Part shown: piece after piece, positions 25,376-39,450 of the stretch
Position numbering within the stretch: the first letter of the stretch is position 1
Layout: each line of letters begins with the position of its first letter
NCBI RefSeq assembly: GCF_006345805.1
Contig: NC_043004.1
Location: 40,486,001 to 40,550,000 of the forward strand
From: Octopus sinensis
Lineage: Eukaryota
Length of the DNA: 64,000 bases
Direction of reading: 5' to 3'
The notes under the pieces: generated by a model
The model's input: only the letters and a program-made list of their open reading frames with translations
What the model was told of the DNA's origin: nothing
Databases searched by the model: none
Program-made: the position numbers and the translations under genes

Positions 25376-25575
25376 GTGTGTGTAGATAGAGTTATGATCA
25401 AAGCTGTATCCTCATGAAGCACATCTGCATATTCCAGTACCCCCAAAGTTATATGTAGATGCTATAATTGTGTGAGGCATACATAAGAGTTGAAAAGGAG
25501 GATGCCAAAAACCAGGCAAGATGGTGTGAGGGTGGTTGCTATGGCACTGAGGGAACAAAACTCAGATTTAAAACA

Positions 25576-25607
<32 letters not shown>

Positions 25608-25924
25608 GATTGTGCCAAAATTTGAAACCATTATTATTTGACTCTCTGTCTTCTGCAGAGTCTATCAACCAAGATTTTATTCACAAGACATTGGTCAAGC
25701 TAAAACTATATTAAAAACCACTCACTCATAATACATAGCGCTGTGCAATGTGATTGAACCCAGGACCATGTGATTTACAAAGCAAACTTCTTAACCATGC
25801 ACTTATCCCTATGTGAGTCTGTGTTTATATTTTATACATACATTGGTGTTAGTTATATGTGAATATATAATATACACGTGTTTTTGGTGATGTGATTAAT
25901 GCTATATATTCTTTTATTCTCTTA

Positions 25925-26388
25925 TTCTTTTATTTGTTTCAGTCATTTGACTGTGGCCATGCTGGAGCACTGCCTTTAGTCAAACAAATTGAACCCAGGA
26001 CTTATTCTTTGTAAGCCTAGTACTTATTCTATTGGTCTTTTTTGCCAAACTGCTAAGTTACAAGGACATAAGCACATCAGCATCAGTTGGCAAGCCATGG
26101 GGTGGGGGACACTAACACAGACCCCCCCACACACACACACACATATATACAATGGGCTTCTTTCAGTTTCCGTCTACCAAATGTTGATGTATAATACACA
26201 TGTAGGACATGTCCTATAAGAAATTCATTAGACAGAGAATCAAAAAATATTATTATTTAATTTTCACAAGGCTGTAGTCGGCCCAAGACTATAGTAGAAG
26301 ACACTTGTCCAGGGTGCCACACAGTGGGACTGAACCCGGAACATGAGGTTGGGAAGCAAGCTTCTTACCACGCAGCCATGCCTGCACC
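25925..26388 (-). mobile_element. SINE family A (interrupted)
   Basis: Reverse complement of family A with a ~90-bp insert near 26180-26265. Confidence 0.75.
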
Positions 26389-26961
26389 TATATATACATT
26401 CATTTGTAACGTGGCTTTATATGTTGTTTATATTCATGTTTATGCTATATATATTCGCCTACATGATGACCGTAAATATGTATGTATATGTTTATGCTTT
26501 GTCTCTGTATATATATTGCTTGTATAAATATAGAACTGTTGATATGAGAGACTGCATGTGTGTGTATATGTATATATTTGTAATATATCTATGAATATGT
26601 TTTATTTATATATTTGAGTGTGTATGTATGTGTGTATTTGTACTATACATATGAATATGTCTTTTATCTATATATTCAACTGTGTGTGTGTGTGTATGTA
26701 TGCATATTTGTGTGTATGCCTGTATATTCTACACGTCTACATAATGAATGTGTTTGAGCATCCATTCACGTGTATGTATGTTTGTATACTCTATCTATGA
26801 ATGTGTTTGTGTTTGTATTCAAGTGTGTGTGTGTATGTGTTTGTGTGTGTGCATGCATGCATGTACATGTTTATGATGTATGTATGTGTGCATGTATTGA
26901 ACTGTATTATGCCTGTCTATGAGTGTATAGATGCGTGTATGTATGTGTATATATATATATC

Positions 26962-27087
<126 letters not shown>

Positions 27088-27519
27088 CACATACACACAC
27101 ATATATGGCATAAGCATAGCCCTGTCCACCAGAGCAAACCATTAATGGATATATATATGTTTATGCGTGCATGTATGTGTCTTTCTGTGTATGTGTATGT
27201 TTATGAGTATCTTTGTATGTGTATGAGTCTTTGTATGTGTGTATGTGTCTTTGCATATGTGTGTATGCATGTGTGTGTACGTATGTGTGTTTGTGTGTGT
27301 GTGTGTGTGGTGTGTGTGTGCAAGTATGTATGTGTTTGTGTGTGTTCATACATATTTATAAAGATAATCAAATAAAGAACTTCCACTGGCACAAATCAAG
27401 CTTCTTGACTTCGGTTTAACAGGAGTAAATCGAGATTGCTTTCTGCTGCCCCACAACCCACCCCTATTTTACACTGTCACCGACACGTCCGTCCGTTGTC
27501 TCTACATTCCTTGAAAGCA

Positions 27520-28890
27520 GCACCAACTGCAACACCATCCATCACTGCCACCATCAATACCAACACCAACATCACTATTGCCACTACCACCAATACTACA
27601 GCACCACTACCACCACAATCGTTACCACTGTCACTACAACCACCACTACTACTAGCACCACCACCACCACCACCACCACCATCACCACTATCACCACTAC
27701 CACCAGCAACACTACCACTACCATCATCCTCACCACCACCACAACCGCCACCGCTACCACCACAACCGCCACCACTACTACCACCACCATCACCACTATC
27801 ACCACTACCACCAGCAACACTACCACTACCACCGCCATCACTACCACCACTACCGCCACCGCCACCACCACCACCACCACCATCGTTACCACTGTCACTA
27901 CAACCACCACTACTACTAGCACCACCACCACCATCACCACTATCACCACTACCACCAGCAACACTACCACTACCACCGTCATCACTACCACCACTACCGC
28001 CACCGCCACCACCACCATCGTTACCACTGTCACTACAACCACCACTACTACTAGCACCACCACCACCACCACCACCATCACCACTATCACCACTACCACC
28101 AGCAACACTACCACTACCATCATCCTCACCACCACCACAACCGCCACCGCTACCACCACCACCACCACCACCACCATCACCACCATCACCACCATCACCA
28201 CTATCACCACTATCACCACTACCACCAGCAACACTACCACTACCATCACTACCACCACTACCATCATCCTCACCACCACCACAACCGCCACCACTACTAC
28301 CACCACCACCACCATCACCACTATCACCACTACCACCAGCAACACTACCACTACCACCGCCATCACTACCACCACTACCGCCACCGCCACCACCACCACC
28401 ACCACCATCGTTACCACTGTCACTACAACCACCACTACTACTAGCACCACCACCACCACCACCATCACCACTATCACCACTACCACCAGCAACACTACCA
28501 CTACCATCATCCTCACCACCACCACAACCGCCACCGCTACCACCACCACCACCACCACCATCACCACCATCACCACTATCACCACTATCACCACTACCAC
28601 CGGCAACACTACCACTACCATCATCCTCACCACCACCACAACCGCCACCACTACTACCACCACCATCACCACTATCACCACTACCACCAGCAACACTACC
28701 ACTACCACCACCATCACTACCACCACTACCATCATCCTCACTACCACCACTACCATCACCACCATCACCACTATCACCACTACCACCAGCAACACTACCA
28801 CTACCACCACTACCATCATCCTCACCACCACCACCACAACCGCCACCACCACCACAACCGCCGCCACCACCACTGCCACCACCACCGCTG
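27520..28890. repeat. (CCA/CTA/TCA)-derived complex minisatellite with higher-order blocks
   Basis: Recurrent blocks such as ccatcaccactatcaccactaccaccagcaacactaccacta and atcgttaccactgtcactacaaccaccactactactagca. Confidence 0.9.
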
Positions 28891-29368
28891 CTGTTGTTGT
28901 TATTACTACTACATCATCTATTTCATGATATTTTCTTCAATCTCATCTCTTATTGTAATCATATCTTCATGCAAAGCAAAGATGTATCAACATGAACAGG
29001 TTGGTGATATTCCTCCCACCACATGGTGCCAAATATATGCATTTTTCTCCTAAAAAAATCTGAACAATTCCAACAGCTAAATTAAAATATGGAAATATCG
29101 AAATTTATGAATAAGTTTTGATTTTGCATCTCAATGGAAGAATTAGATATTCACAACAAATATGACAATATTGGCGCTGGTCTTGCCCAAAATGCTATAT
29201 CACTTCCTAGCACCAAACAACATCACACACAGACCAATGAAGGGGCTATTACATGATAGATATAGCACCCAGTTCTTCTTTAAAAATCTCTGTCTGCCAA
29301 ACTTAAAATAAAAGGAAGGACGTATTACCTAATACATTTGTAGATAAATGAGATGGAATGGTCAAATC

Positions 29369-29576
29369 AACCTGGCTGATGACAGTCAAGGCTGACCTAG
29401 AACCCAACCTAGGCCCCCATATCTACAGCGTTTGCCACTGGAATAAGGAGTGGTTGGAGATCATGCAGTTGTTAGCCTCAAATCGCCAGGCCTGGTCGGC
29501 GTTTGTGAGAGATGCAGCATTGAGGATGAATGAAGCCAGGTCAACCCACCCCAGGTGAATGCTGTCAAGTCAAGTC
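29369..29576 (+). mobile_element. 5'-truncated RTE-like LINE 3' end (second family) with 12-bp TSD
   Basis: TWLMTVKADLEP...W...LASNRQAWSAFVRD...STHPR*; (CAAGT)n tail; TSD AATGGTCAAATC at 29357-29368 and 29577-29588. Confidence 0.85.
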
Positions 29577-29670
29577 AATGGTCAAATCTGGAATGATTTT
29601 TAATCATAGCTCTGCTTGAACAGTAGTGTGTTGCAGGTTAAACAGCAACAAAAAATACGACAGAGTTTGC

Positions 29671-29894
29671 AAGAATCTTTATTGAACACAACAATCGTTT
29701 TGACACATCCTGCATCTGTTCCTTATGGATGGGATGTTGCACAGCTAGTTGTGTTGCATCCATTGGCAAACGTGACACCTGATGAGATGCAACCTGCAAA
29801 AGTGGATGCAACATAACTAGCTGTGCAATATCCCAACCATAACGGACAGATGCAATGTGCATCGAAACAATCGTTGTGTTGAACAAAGATTCTT
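29671..29894. mobile_element. Outward-facing palindrome whose right arm is a hammerhead
   Basis: 29671-29762 is the reverse complement of 29803-29894. Confidence 0.8.
29774..29880 (+). ncRNA. Type I hammerhead motif with long stem II insert
   Basis: GACAC-CUGAUGA-GAUGCA(~66 nt)UGCAUC-GAAA-CAAUCG-U-U-GUGUU; stem III is one CpG change from the palindrome ACGAUCGU. Confidence 0.75.
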
Positions 29895-29924
29895 ACTAAG
29901 TCCACTTTCTGTTTCCCTCATTCA

Positions 29925-29991
<67 letters not shown>

Positions 29992-30184
29992 TTATATATA
30001 TATATATATCATCATCATTTAGCATCCGTTTCCATTCTGTTATGAGTTGAAGTAAATATATATATATATAAATATATACTTAAATAATGAGGGAGATAAA
30101 TTGAAAATTAATTTAATTAATATCAGTTTAAAACCAGTAGCCTAGCATACAAAAATCTGAAAAATCAGAGAAAATTCTAATACA

Positions 30185-30316
30185 TGTGTATATTTAAAGG
30201 GCTAAAAAACGACTAGGTGGTCAGCCGTATGCTAGAAGTAGATCACCTACGATCAGATCGTAGGTGATCTACTTCTAGCATATAGCTGACCACCTAGTGG
30301 TTTTTTAGCCCTTCAA

Positions 30317-30325
<9 letters not shown>
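30185..30325. repeat. Near-perfect palindrome (~70-bp arms) with an extended left tail
   Basis: Centre ...cacctacgatc-a-gatcgtaggtg... near 30255; tail to ~30085 resembles other palindrome tails. Confidence 0.8.
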
Positions 30326-30388
<63 letters not shown>

Positions 30389-30389
<1 letters not shown>

Positions 30390-30768
30390 CAGGGTGTGGT
30401 GAATAAACTGTTGTCTAAACTACGCAAAAATGAAAAAAACTCTGACATCTCATTTTAACAGGTATATTTACCAAAATTACATTAAAATATCTTGAAATAC
30501 TAAAGAGTAAATTTATTCAATAAAATTGCCATTGCCTTCAATTATGGCCTCCAGACAACTTTGGAATCTCCTGCAACTCTTCTGGATGGTCTCCTTGTTT
30601 AAGTTGGTGAATGCTGCCACAATCCTTGCCTCTAGTTCATCTTTAGTTTTACAAGGAGTTTTGTTGGTCTCTTGCTCAACTGCACCCCACAGATGCAAGG
30701 GGGTTGCAGTCTGGAGAGTTAGGTGGCCAGATGTTAGGGGTGATGTGGTCGCAGAAATTGTCTGACAC
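30389..30768 (-). mobile_element. DD37D transposon 3' fragment
   Basis: SDNFCDHITPNIWPPNSPDCNPL and WGAVEQE...AIIEGNGNFIE; terminal CAGGGTGTGGTGAATAAACTG after TA. Confidence 0.8.
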
Positions 30769-31610
30769 TAGAAATAGCAGCCAAATATCGCTCATATCAC
30801 ATCCTGCTATCTTTAAAAAAATGAAAAAAGCAAAACAGAACAACGAGAGGGAGTGCATTGGTTAATATGTAGTCCTAGGGGGAAAATATTATTGGTTGAT
30901 CTCAATTGAAATAGATTTCATCATGGGTTTACTTAATTAGAGCTGATCTAAAGCTAAACAGTAGTAGTAGTAGTAGTAGTAGTTACAGCAACAACAATAA
31001 CAAAATCCTACACAACACTGGATCGGAGTGCTATTTAATCACCACCACCATCATCATCATCATCACCACCACCACCACTACCACCATCATCCCCACCATC
31101 ACCACCATCACCACCACCAATACTTCCCCCACTTCCCCTCCACTTCTATATCTCTGACTTGTTTATTTATCCATTTCTTCATTCATTGAAACAGCTGCTT
31201 CGGACACCATATGTACATTTTCCAATAAATGGACAAATAATGAATTTCCTGTTTAAACTATCCAGTGTAGCTAATGGGGAAGTAGAAGTTTATCTTCAAA
31301 CCAGATGGTTTCAGGTTCAATCTCATTGCATAGCATATAGGGTGACTGTTGTACAATATATGTATATATATATGTACATTTTTATTTAATAATAATAATA
31401 ATCCTTTCTACTATAGGCAACAAGCCTGAAATTTGGGGGAGTGGATTAGTCAATTATCCCTTTGTATTGAACTGGTGCTTATTTTATCGATCCTGAAAGG
31501 ATGAAAGACAAAGTCGACCTTGGTGGAATTTGGACTGAAAACATAGCAACAAGAAAAATGCCGCTAAGTATTTCATCCAGGATTCTGCTAACTCACAGCC
31601 TTTAATAATA

Positions 31611-32057
31611 GACATATATAGACCATTAGAAAATAATAGACCAGACATTATGATCATAGATAAGGAAAAGTGAAGTTGCTTACTGATTGACCCATCATGC
31701 CCATTTGATTCCAGGAAGGATCATAAAGAAAGAAGAAAAACAAAGAAAATACAATCCTTTAAAAGTTGAAATAGGAAGAATTTGGAGCATGAGAAAAGTA
31801 AAGGTCATGCCTATAATAATTGGTGCATTTGGAATAGTAAGCCAAAATATAGACAAATGGCTGAAGGCGATTGAAAGAGAATGCCCAGTAGAGCTCCTAC
31901 AGAAAGTTTGCTTCTTAGAGACAGCAAGGATTATCAGGAGGGTTCTAAGCAATTGAAAGACTGCTGAAGACTTGTGGATATCTAAGTTTACAGTTAATAA
32001 TCTACTACCCATATAGATCCTACCAGGAATAAGACCAAACCTGAGCTTTGTTTCTAT
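31611..32057 (+). pseudogene. R4/Dong-like non-LTR retrotransposon 3' fragment (RLE domain)
   Basis: NRPDIMIIDK...LID..CP...K..KY..L...W...V.V.PIIIGAFG...LQK..L.TARIIRRVL; flanked by (TAA)n. Confidence 0.8.
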
Positions 32058-32114
32058 AATAATGATAATAATAATAATAATGATAATAATAATAATAATG
32101 ATAATAATAATAAT

Positions 32115-32590
32115 TACAAAAGATCAGACAAAAAAGGTGTGCTTTTAATCAACATGAGTATTCCTTGCGATCACAATATAGCTGCGAAAGAATTTGACAA
32201 GATCGGTAAATATAAAGACTTGCTAATAGAAATTGAAAAAATGTGGTGCATCTCAAGATGACTACAGTACCAGTGATTGTAGGATCTCTAGGAATGATAA
32301 AAAAAAAAGGGTACTGAAACCTATTTGAAAATGATACCAGGCTTACCATCCCTACAGGAGGTGCAAAAAATCGTATTAACTGGAATAGCTCATGCACTAA
32401 GAAGAGCATTATCGCTGTGAAAACAACATCCATTCATAAATTTATTTATTTATTAATTTTTAAATACATATTTTACCTGTGAATTTGTGCGTGTAATCTG
32501 GGAATGCATACAATGAGCTTCTCTGCCCTAGGTGTACGGAAAACACTCGGCAAGAAATGGAAGAAAATTTGAAGAAAGAAGGAAAAAACA
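32115..32590 (+). pseudogene. Second R4/Dong-like RLE 3' fragment (different family)
   Basis: MSIPCDHNIAAKEFDKIGKYKDL.IEIEKMW...PVIVGSLG...QKIVLTG.AHALRRAL; flanked by (TAA)n. Confidence 0.8.
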
Positions 32591-32604
32591 TAATAATAAT
32601 AATA

Positions 32605-32704
<100 letters not shown>

Positions 32705-34818
32705 TCTTTCTAATTTTGGAGCCATGTCAGCAATATTGAGGGGATGCAACAAGTCAATTACATCAGCCCCAGATGTGGAGATACATTGCTTTGGTGGTTA
32801 GGGTGTTGGACTTATGATAAAGATGGTAAATAAGGGAGATGTGAAAACGATATACGATGTGAGATGAAAATGAATTGGTAAACGATTTATTCTCCATTAT
32901 AAAATACAATCATTGCCATACATGAAATAAAATGAAATAACAGTTTACAACAGAGATGTGAGAGAGACTTCATGGTCAGGCTGGACTGGTGATCTTGTAG
33001 ACAAAGTTGACATACTGTTTGGTGGTGTGTAGAGGCAGATCAATATCTGTGATGTTCATACAGCAACGATGTTGGCAAGTATCTGGCAGAGATGAAAGCA
33101 GAGACAGGCTGGTGTCAGAGATGAGTTGCATGTGGTCAGTGGCATGTGCCAAGGACCTAGTGCAGTCAAGAACTGCCGTTCTTATAGAGATCAAGAGGCT
33201 CCCAGGGCTGGTGATTAATTTCCTGCATAAGGAAAAAGGAACTGTTGTGCCAAGATGATTGGATGGCTGGAAACCGACCAATAGGAACAACAAGTTTGGC
33301 TAATCATAAGATCATGTGACCTGCTGGAACAAAAAGGCCTTTGGAGCCAATATCTTAGTATTTACACCTAAACAACTCGCAACAAAAACATCTCACACAT
33401 AATGACAGTATAAATCACTTCTGCTACAGACACATGATTGTATGATTGTTTCTTTGATTCCTGGATTGGGAGGTGTGCTGTGTTTTTGAGCAAAGCACTT
33501 CATTTCGCATTGCTCTAGTCCACTCAGCCGGTAGTAATCAGTAATCCTGCAACAGACTGGTGTCCTGTACAGTGAGGAATATATGCACCACAGAAACCAG
33601 GAAACCAGCCCTATGCTCCTTATGAGAAATGTGGACAAACAAGCACTTAACTGGTATTTTAATTTACTGACCTCCTAAAGGATGAAAGACAAAGCTGACC
33701 TTCACATAGTGCACTTAGATTACTCCAAGAGAGAGAAAGGGTACAGTTGTCCTAGTACTTGGCAAGTATTTTATTTGGCAGATTTGAACTCTCATCACAA
33801 AAAGCCTGAATAAATACAATCTAGTCAATAGTTTAATGACTCTGCCAGTTTTCTACCTGCGTGTGTCAATGTAAGTAATTATTGTTGTATAACGGTATAC
33901 TGCAACTCTACTTACTTAAGCCATTCTCTCCCTATATATCACAGGCCATCGATTATTTTTCTCCACTGTTTGAGATTCTAGTCTGTCTTTTCCTTGAAAG
34001 GAGTCCATCTTCTCCAAGGTCCTGTTAGTGTTGGATTGTCATCGATGTTTCAGTAAATTTGCTTTTTTGTCTAGATACAGCTGTTGACAATAGACAAGTC
34101 CTGTAACCCCTTATGGGTTGTTGGGGCACTGCAGACATACAACATATCAAGGGCAAGGAAGCCTGGTGGAGCCCATCCCTCTCCAGACTAAACTCATTTC
34201 TACAGCTGAGTGGACTGGAGTAGCAGAAAACGAAGTGTTTTACTCAAGAACACAACGGGTCACCTGGTCCAGGGATTGAAACCACACTCTTACAGTCATG
34301 AATCCAACATCCTAACCACTAAGGGGATGTTGGTCCTACACAAGCATACTTTTATCTCTGAAAAGAGGTGGTCCATTTTAGGCTGGCCTCTATCTTTTGA
34401 TCTGTCCAGTGTGGGAGGCACTAACAGAACCTTAATCTCCACTGGCATAGCTCTTAGGATCATTGTGGTATACAAGCCACTCCACTGCAACAGGGACTGG
34501 ACACTGTGGTGGACAGATTTCATCTTTGGCTATCGTATATTATATTCTGATTCTTTGGAATTTTGTGTGACTATATACGTTTACCATCTTTCTTTTATTT
34601 GTTTCAGTCATTTGACTATGGCCATGCTGAAGCACCAACTTTTAGTCAAAGAAATCAACCCCAGGACTTATTCTTTGCAAGCCTGGTACTTAGTCTATCG
34701 GACTCTATTGCCAAACCACTAAGTTATGGGGATATAAACACACCAACATTGGTTGTCAAGTGATGGTGGTTGGGACAAACACACACACAAAGATACACAA
34801 ATATATAATATATATATA

Positions 34819-36100
34819 GGCATAAGAGTGGCTGTGTGGTAAGTAGCTTGTTTACCAACCACATGGTTCCGGGTTCAGTCCCACTTCTACTATAGCCTCG
34901 AGCCAACCAAAGCCTTGTGAGTGGATTTGGTAGACAGAAACTGAAAAGAAGCCTGTCGTATATATGTATGTATATATATACTAGCAGTATCGCCTGGCGT
35001 TGCTCGGGTTTGTAAGGGAAATAACAATATAAGCATTTTTAGCGAGTTATAGCAAAAAAATGCATTAAAAATGGAATAAAAAATGATGGTAATTTTTTTT
35101 TAAATCGTTGACTCATCGTAGACATTTTTAGAGAGTTACTTCCCTTATATAATAGCGAAAAAATGTATTAAAATGGAAAGAATGATGGTAAATTTTTTTT
35201 TAATTCGTAGACTCATCGTAGACACGCGCTAATACCCAGAAGGGCTCGATATGAATCACGACTATAAGATACCCGCTTTTGGTTAAACTGCACCGCAAAA
35301 TGTGGGAGTATTTAGGAATCTAAATCGTAGGAGACAGACACACAACTTCACTTTTATATATAAAGATTTGTGCAACAACTAAAACATTCAGTTGTGCAAA
35401 TTGTTTGCACAGGAAACCTGCCCTGTGTGGCGGTAATTGCCGTTTTTGTGGATCTGTTTCAGCTTTTTTAGCGATTTCTGTTTTGGCGATTTCAAGCCAT
35501 GAAGTCGTTGTTCTAAAAGAACACTGGTCTCCTTGACAACGCTTTACGACGTTGATTTCCTTACACTCCCTTCTCCACAGCTTCACGAGGGAGGGAAGAA
35601 GGGGGAGAAGCAACACAGGTGAATGTGTGAGCATGGACGCCAACACACGAAAAAAATATGCGTTAAAATGGAAAAAAATGATGTTAAATTATTTTTTAAA
35701 TCGTAGACTCATCATAGACGCACGCTAATACCCAGACGGGCTCAATATGAATCACGACTATAAGATACCCGGTTTTGGTTAAACTGCACTGCAAAATGTG
35801 GGAGTAGTTAGGAATCTAAATCGTAGGAGACAGACACTCACACAACTTCACTTTTATATATATAGATATATATATGTATGTATGTATGTGCGTGTGTATA
35901 TGTTTGTGTGTCCTCCTAACATCACTTGACAACCAATGCTGGTGTATTTACATTCCCGTAACTTAGCGGTTTGGCAAAAAGAGACTAATAGAATAAGTAC
36001 TAGGCTTACAAAAAATAAGTCCTGGGGGTCGATTTGGTTGACTAAAGGCGGTGTTCCAGCATGGCCACAGTCAAATGACTGAAACAGGTAAAAGAGTAAA
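34819..36100 (+). mobile_element. SINE family A split by a Helitron
   Basis: Head 34819-34960, tail 35880-36100. Confidence 0.8.
34981..35866 (-). mobile_element. Non-autonomous Helitron with duplicated 5' end
   Basis: Minus strand starts TCTATATATATAAAAGTG and ends with a GC hairpin + CTAG; inserted between A and T with no TSD; 35155-35366 repeats at 35655-35866. Confidence 0.8.
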
Positions 36101-36760
36101 GATACAATGGGTTTCTTTTAGCTTCTGTCAACCAAATCCACTCACAAGGCTTTTGTCAGCCCGAGGCTATAGTAGAAGACACTTGCCCTAGTTGCTATGC
36201 AGTGGGACTGAACCCGGAACCATGTGGTTGAGAAACAAGCTTCTTACCTCACAACCACACCTGCACCTTTGTGAATACATGTAACCATTTGTATGGTTGT
36301 GTGCTTGATTATGTATGTGTGAGAGAGCAAAAAATGTGTATATGTTTGCGTGTATCTATCTCTGTGTATGCTTGTATACTGGAGTGGTGGTGTGTATCTG
36401 TGTAAGAGTGTATGTGAGAGAGAGAGAGAGAGAGCTTATACATATTTGTTAGCATGTATGTTTGCTGCGTTTGAGTCTCTAAAAGTGAGTGTGCAAACGT
36501 TTCTGTACATATAATCATGTGTGTGTATGAGAGAAAGTGTGTGTGCATGTGTGCATATGTGTGTGTTTGCAAATGAAGCAAAGGAATGACTCACAAATAC
36601 ATCTTACATATGTACATACATACATACATCATATATACATACATACATAAATACATACATACATACATATATATGTATGTATGTGTATTTATATATATCC
36701 ATATATATATATCTATCAATCTATATATGTGTATGTATGTATATATATAATCAAAAAATC

Positions 36761-36794
<34 letters not shown>

Positions 36795-36856
36795 ATATGT
36801 ATGTATGTATGCATGTATATATATATATATTATATATATATAATATATATATATAC

Positions 36857-36927
<71 letters not shown>

Positions 36928-37357
36928 CATACATACATACATACACACTCACACGCACACACATACAGGTAAAGAGACGAATAGACAGTGACAGAATGAG
37001 AGCTACAGACAGAGGGTGAAGCAGGGACAGAGATGGAGAGACAGAGAGTATTTCCATTCTAGTTAATCTTGTCAATCCAAAGTCTATTTTACATTTACCT
37101 TAAGTGTTATTCCATTAAAGCATCTCAGAATAAAAGTTTTGTGTCAGGTGCGTCCAAATTACACACCTGAAACCAAAATAAATCTTCTTCTCTGATTGGC
37201 AGTTCTTGTTGTTATTGATGCCACTCAGTGCCAGGTCAGCACCGATCCACCAGATATAGTATCAAAGACATTCTGAATGTGACCATCTCATTTATTTTCT
37301 GTTTCGGAAGTCCAGCACTATATTATCATATGTCTCCTTTTTTTTTTGCATACATAC

Positions 37358-37392
<35 letters not shown>

Positions 37393-37874
37393 ATATATAT
37401 ATATGTATGTTTATATATATGCATATCTCTATCTATCAATATATATATATATATATACATACACGCACTCACACACACACATACACACACACACACACAT
37501 ATATATATTTATATATATATATATATATATACAGGCAAAGGGACAAATAGACAGAGACAGAACGAGAGCTACAGACAGAGAATGAAGCAGGGACAGAGAT
37601 AGAGGAAGGTCATGCTTGAAGGTCATGCTTGACCACCGTATCCCATGTCTTCCTAGGTCTACCTCTATTCCAGATTCCTTCTACTCTGGAGCCCATTCAA
37701 AAGTACCTTGGACCGTAGGGCAACTTTGCTGTGCTTGAGGAGACCTGTTGAGTCAAGTACATCAACATCAAAATGAAAATCAAATGGAAGTCAATCTGAA
37801 TGTGTGTATGTATGTGTGTGTGTATTATGTGGTAATGCTTCAACATGTAGAAAAGAGAGTAAAAATAATCTTAA

Positions 37875-38094
37875 CCCTTTAGTATTTAAATCGGCCATAT
37901 CCGGCCAAAATAGTTAATCTGTTTTATGTTCAAACTGACCAGATCCAAGCTCTCACACCTACCCTACAATGTTATTCTACATTAAGCAATTACACCATCA
38001 AGATCTTGAAGATATGAGATAATGCATGATTAATTCAAATCAATGTGAATCAATAAGCATTATGTTTGACAGGAATAGTCTGAACGCTAAAGGG
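37875..38094. mobile_element. piggyBac-type MITE
   Basis: TTAA|CCCTTTAG ... CTAAAGGG|TTAA. Confidence 0.85.
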
Positions 38095-38437
38095 TTAAAT
38101 TAAAAACCACAAATCTTGCAAATAGCTATCCATGGTTTCCTAGTTGAAATAGTAATCTATTCTGTCATTTATCAATCTGAAAGCAAGACCATTTGTCTGT
38201 TGTTTCTTGAACAGATAATGTTTGAACAAGACATGCTTGTAAAGAAGAAAACAAAAAGGAAAAAAAACATCACAAGTGAGACAACTAATGTTACAATAAT
38301 TCAATGTCACGCAAGGGTAAATCAGATGTTAATGGTTTACTAAGTGTCCAGTGGTCTACTCTTCAATTCCTACAAGATGTATTTTTTGAAATTTGGACAT
38401 AAAGAAAAAAATCTTCTTCCTCGAATATATGTATATA

Positions 38438-38900
38438 CTAGCTGAATAGCCTGTCACTGCCAGACAATTTTTACAATAAAATGTCTTAAAATTTTTGTTT
38501 ATTCCATGTCAGACCATACCTTCTCCAACAGATAGGCCTCTTGATCAGGGTAGACTTGTGCAACTTTTCACAAAAACTTCGGTGAAGAATTTCTTCCTTT
38601 TTAAATTATTTACATGTCTGTTCAACTGTTTCACATGACTTTGTTCATTGCAACTTATTAAAGCTTCAGAAGTTCTTACAACTTTGGTCGTTATAATGCT
38701 TTGCTTTCATTCGTTTAATAAAAATTCCTCCTCTAAATGATTTTGCTTTCATTTTGTGATAGACAGCTATCATGCAGAAAATGGCAGCTTCCAAATCCTG
38801 TTTTCTGATTTGGTAAAATTTATTAAACTTTAAACCCCGGTAACATTTTTCTGCAATTTTTCTGGAACAAATAATTCACAAAATTGGATTTAATCATTAT
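38438..38900 (-). mobile_element. Possible decayed Helitron-like fragment
   Basis: A|CTAG terminus followed by a weak GC hairpin (gcctgtcactgcccag); other end not defined. Confidence 0.3.
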
Positions 38901-39060
38901 CATCAACACTTAATGTTTTTATTTATTTCAGTCCCACTGCATGACACCTTGGGCAAGTGTATTCTACTATAGCCTCGGGCCAACCAAAGCCTTGTGAGTG
39001 GATTTGACAGATGGAAAGTGAAAGAAGCCTGTCATATATATATATATATATATATATATG

Positions 39061-39200
39061 TAGGAAGGGCATCCAGCTGTAGAAACACTGCCAGATCTGA
39101 CTGGCCTGGTGCAGCCTTCGGGCTCCCCAGACCCCATGAACCGTCCACCATGCTAGCATGGAAAACGGACGCTAAATGATGATGATGATGATGATGATGA
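39061..39200 (+). mobile_element. RTE LINE 3'-UTR-derived copy
   Basis: aggaagggcatccagctgtagaaac ... (GAT)n. Confidence 0.8.
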
Positions 39201-39450
39201 TATATATATATAAATAAATGAAAGAATGGAGTCGAACGACGATTTAACAATCGTCGTTACTCCATTCTTTCATCTATTTATAGTAAAAAAAACACACAAA
39301 TTTCCACACGAAAGCACGTGATCTCTGCCCTTGGCATGTAGCTTCAACCGTGTTTTCTGACATGAATTTGCTACCCAGGTATTCGTTAACTGAATTATCC
39401 ATACTAGGATAATTCATTCAACTACTTAATATATATATATATATATATAT

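Noticed and set aside
27436-28995. 519-aa proline-rich (extensin/formin-like) ORF and 429-aa poly-Val antisense ORF
   Set aside because: Both come from a CCA-derived satellite that lacks stops in these frames; non-ATG start and no unique domain.
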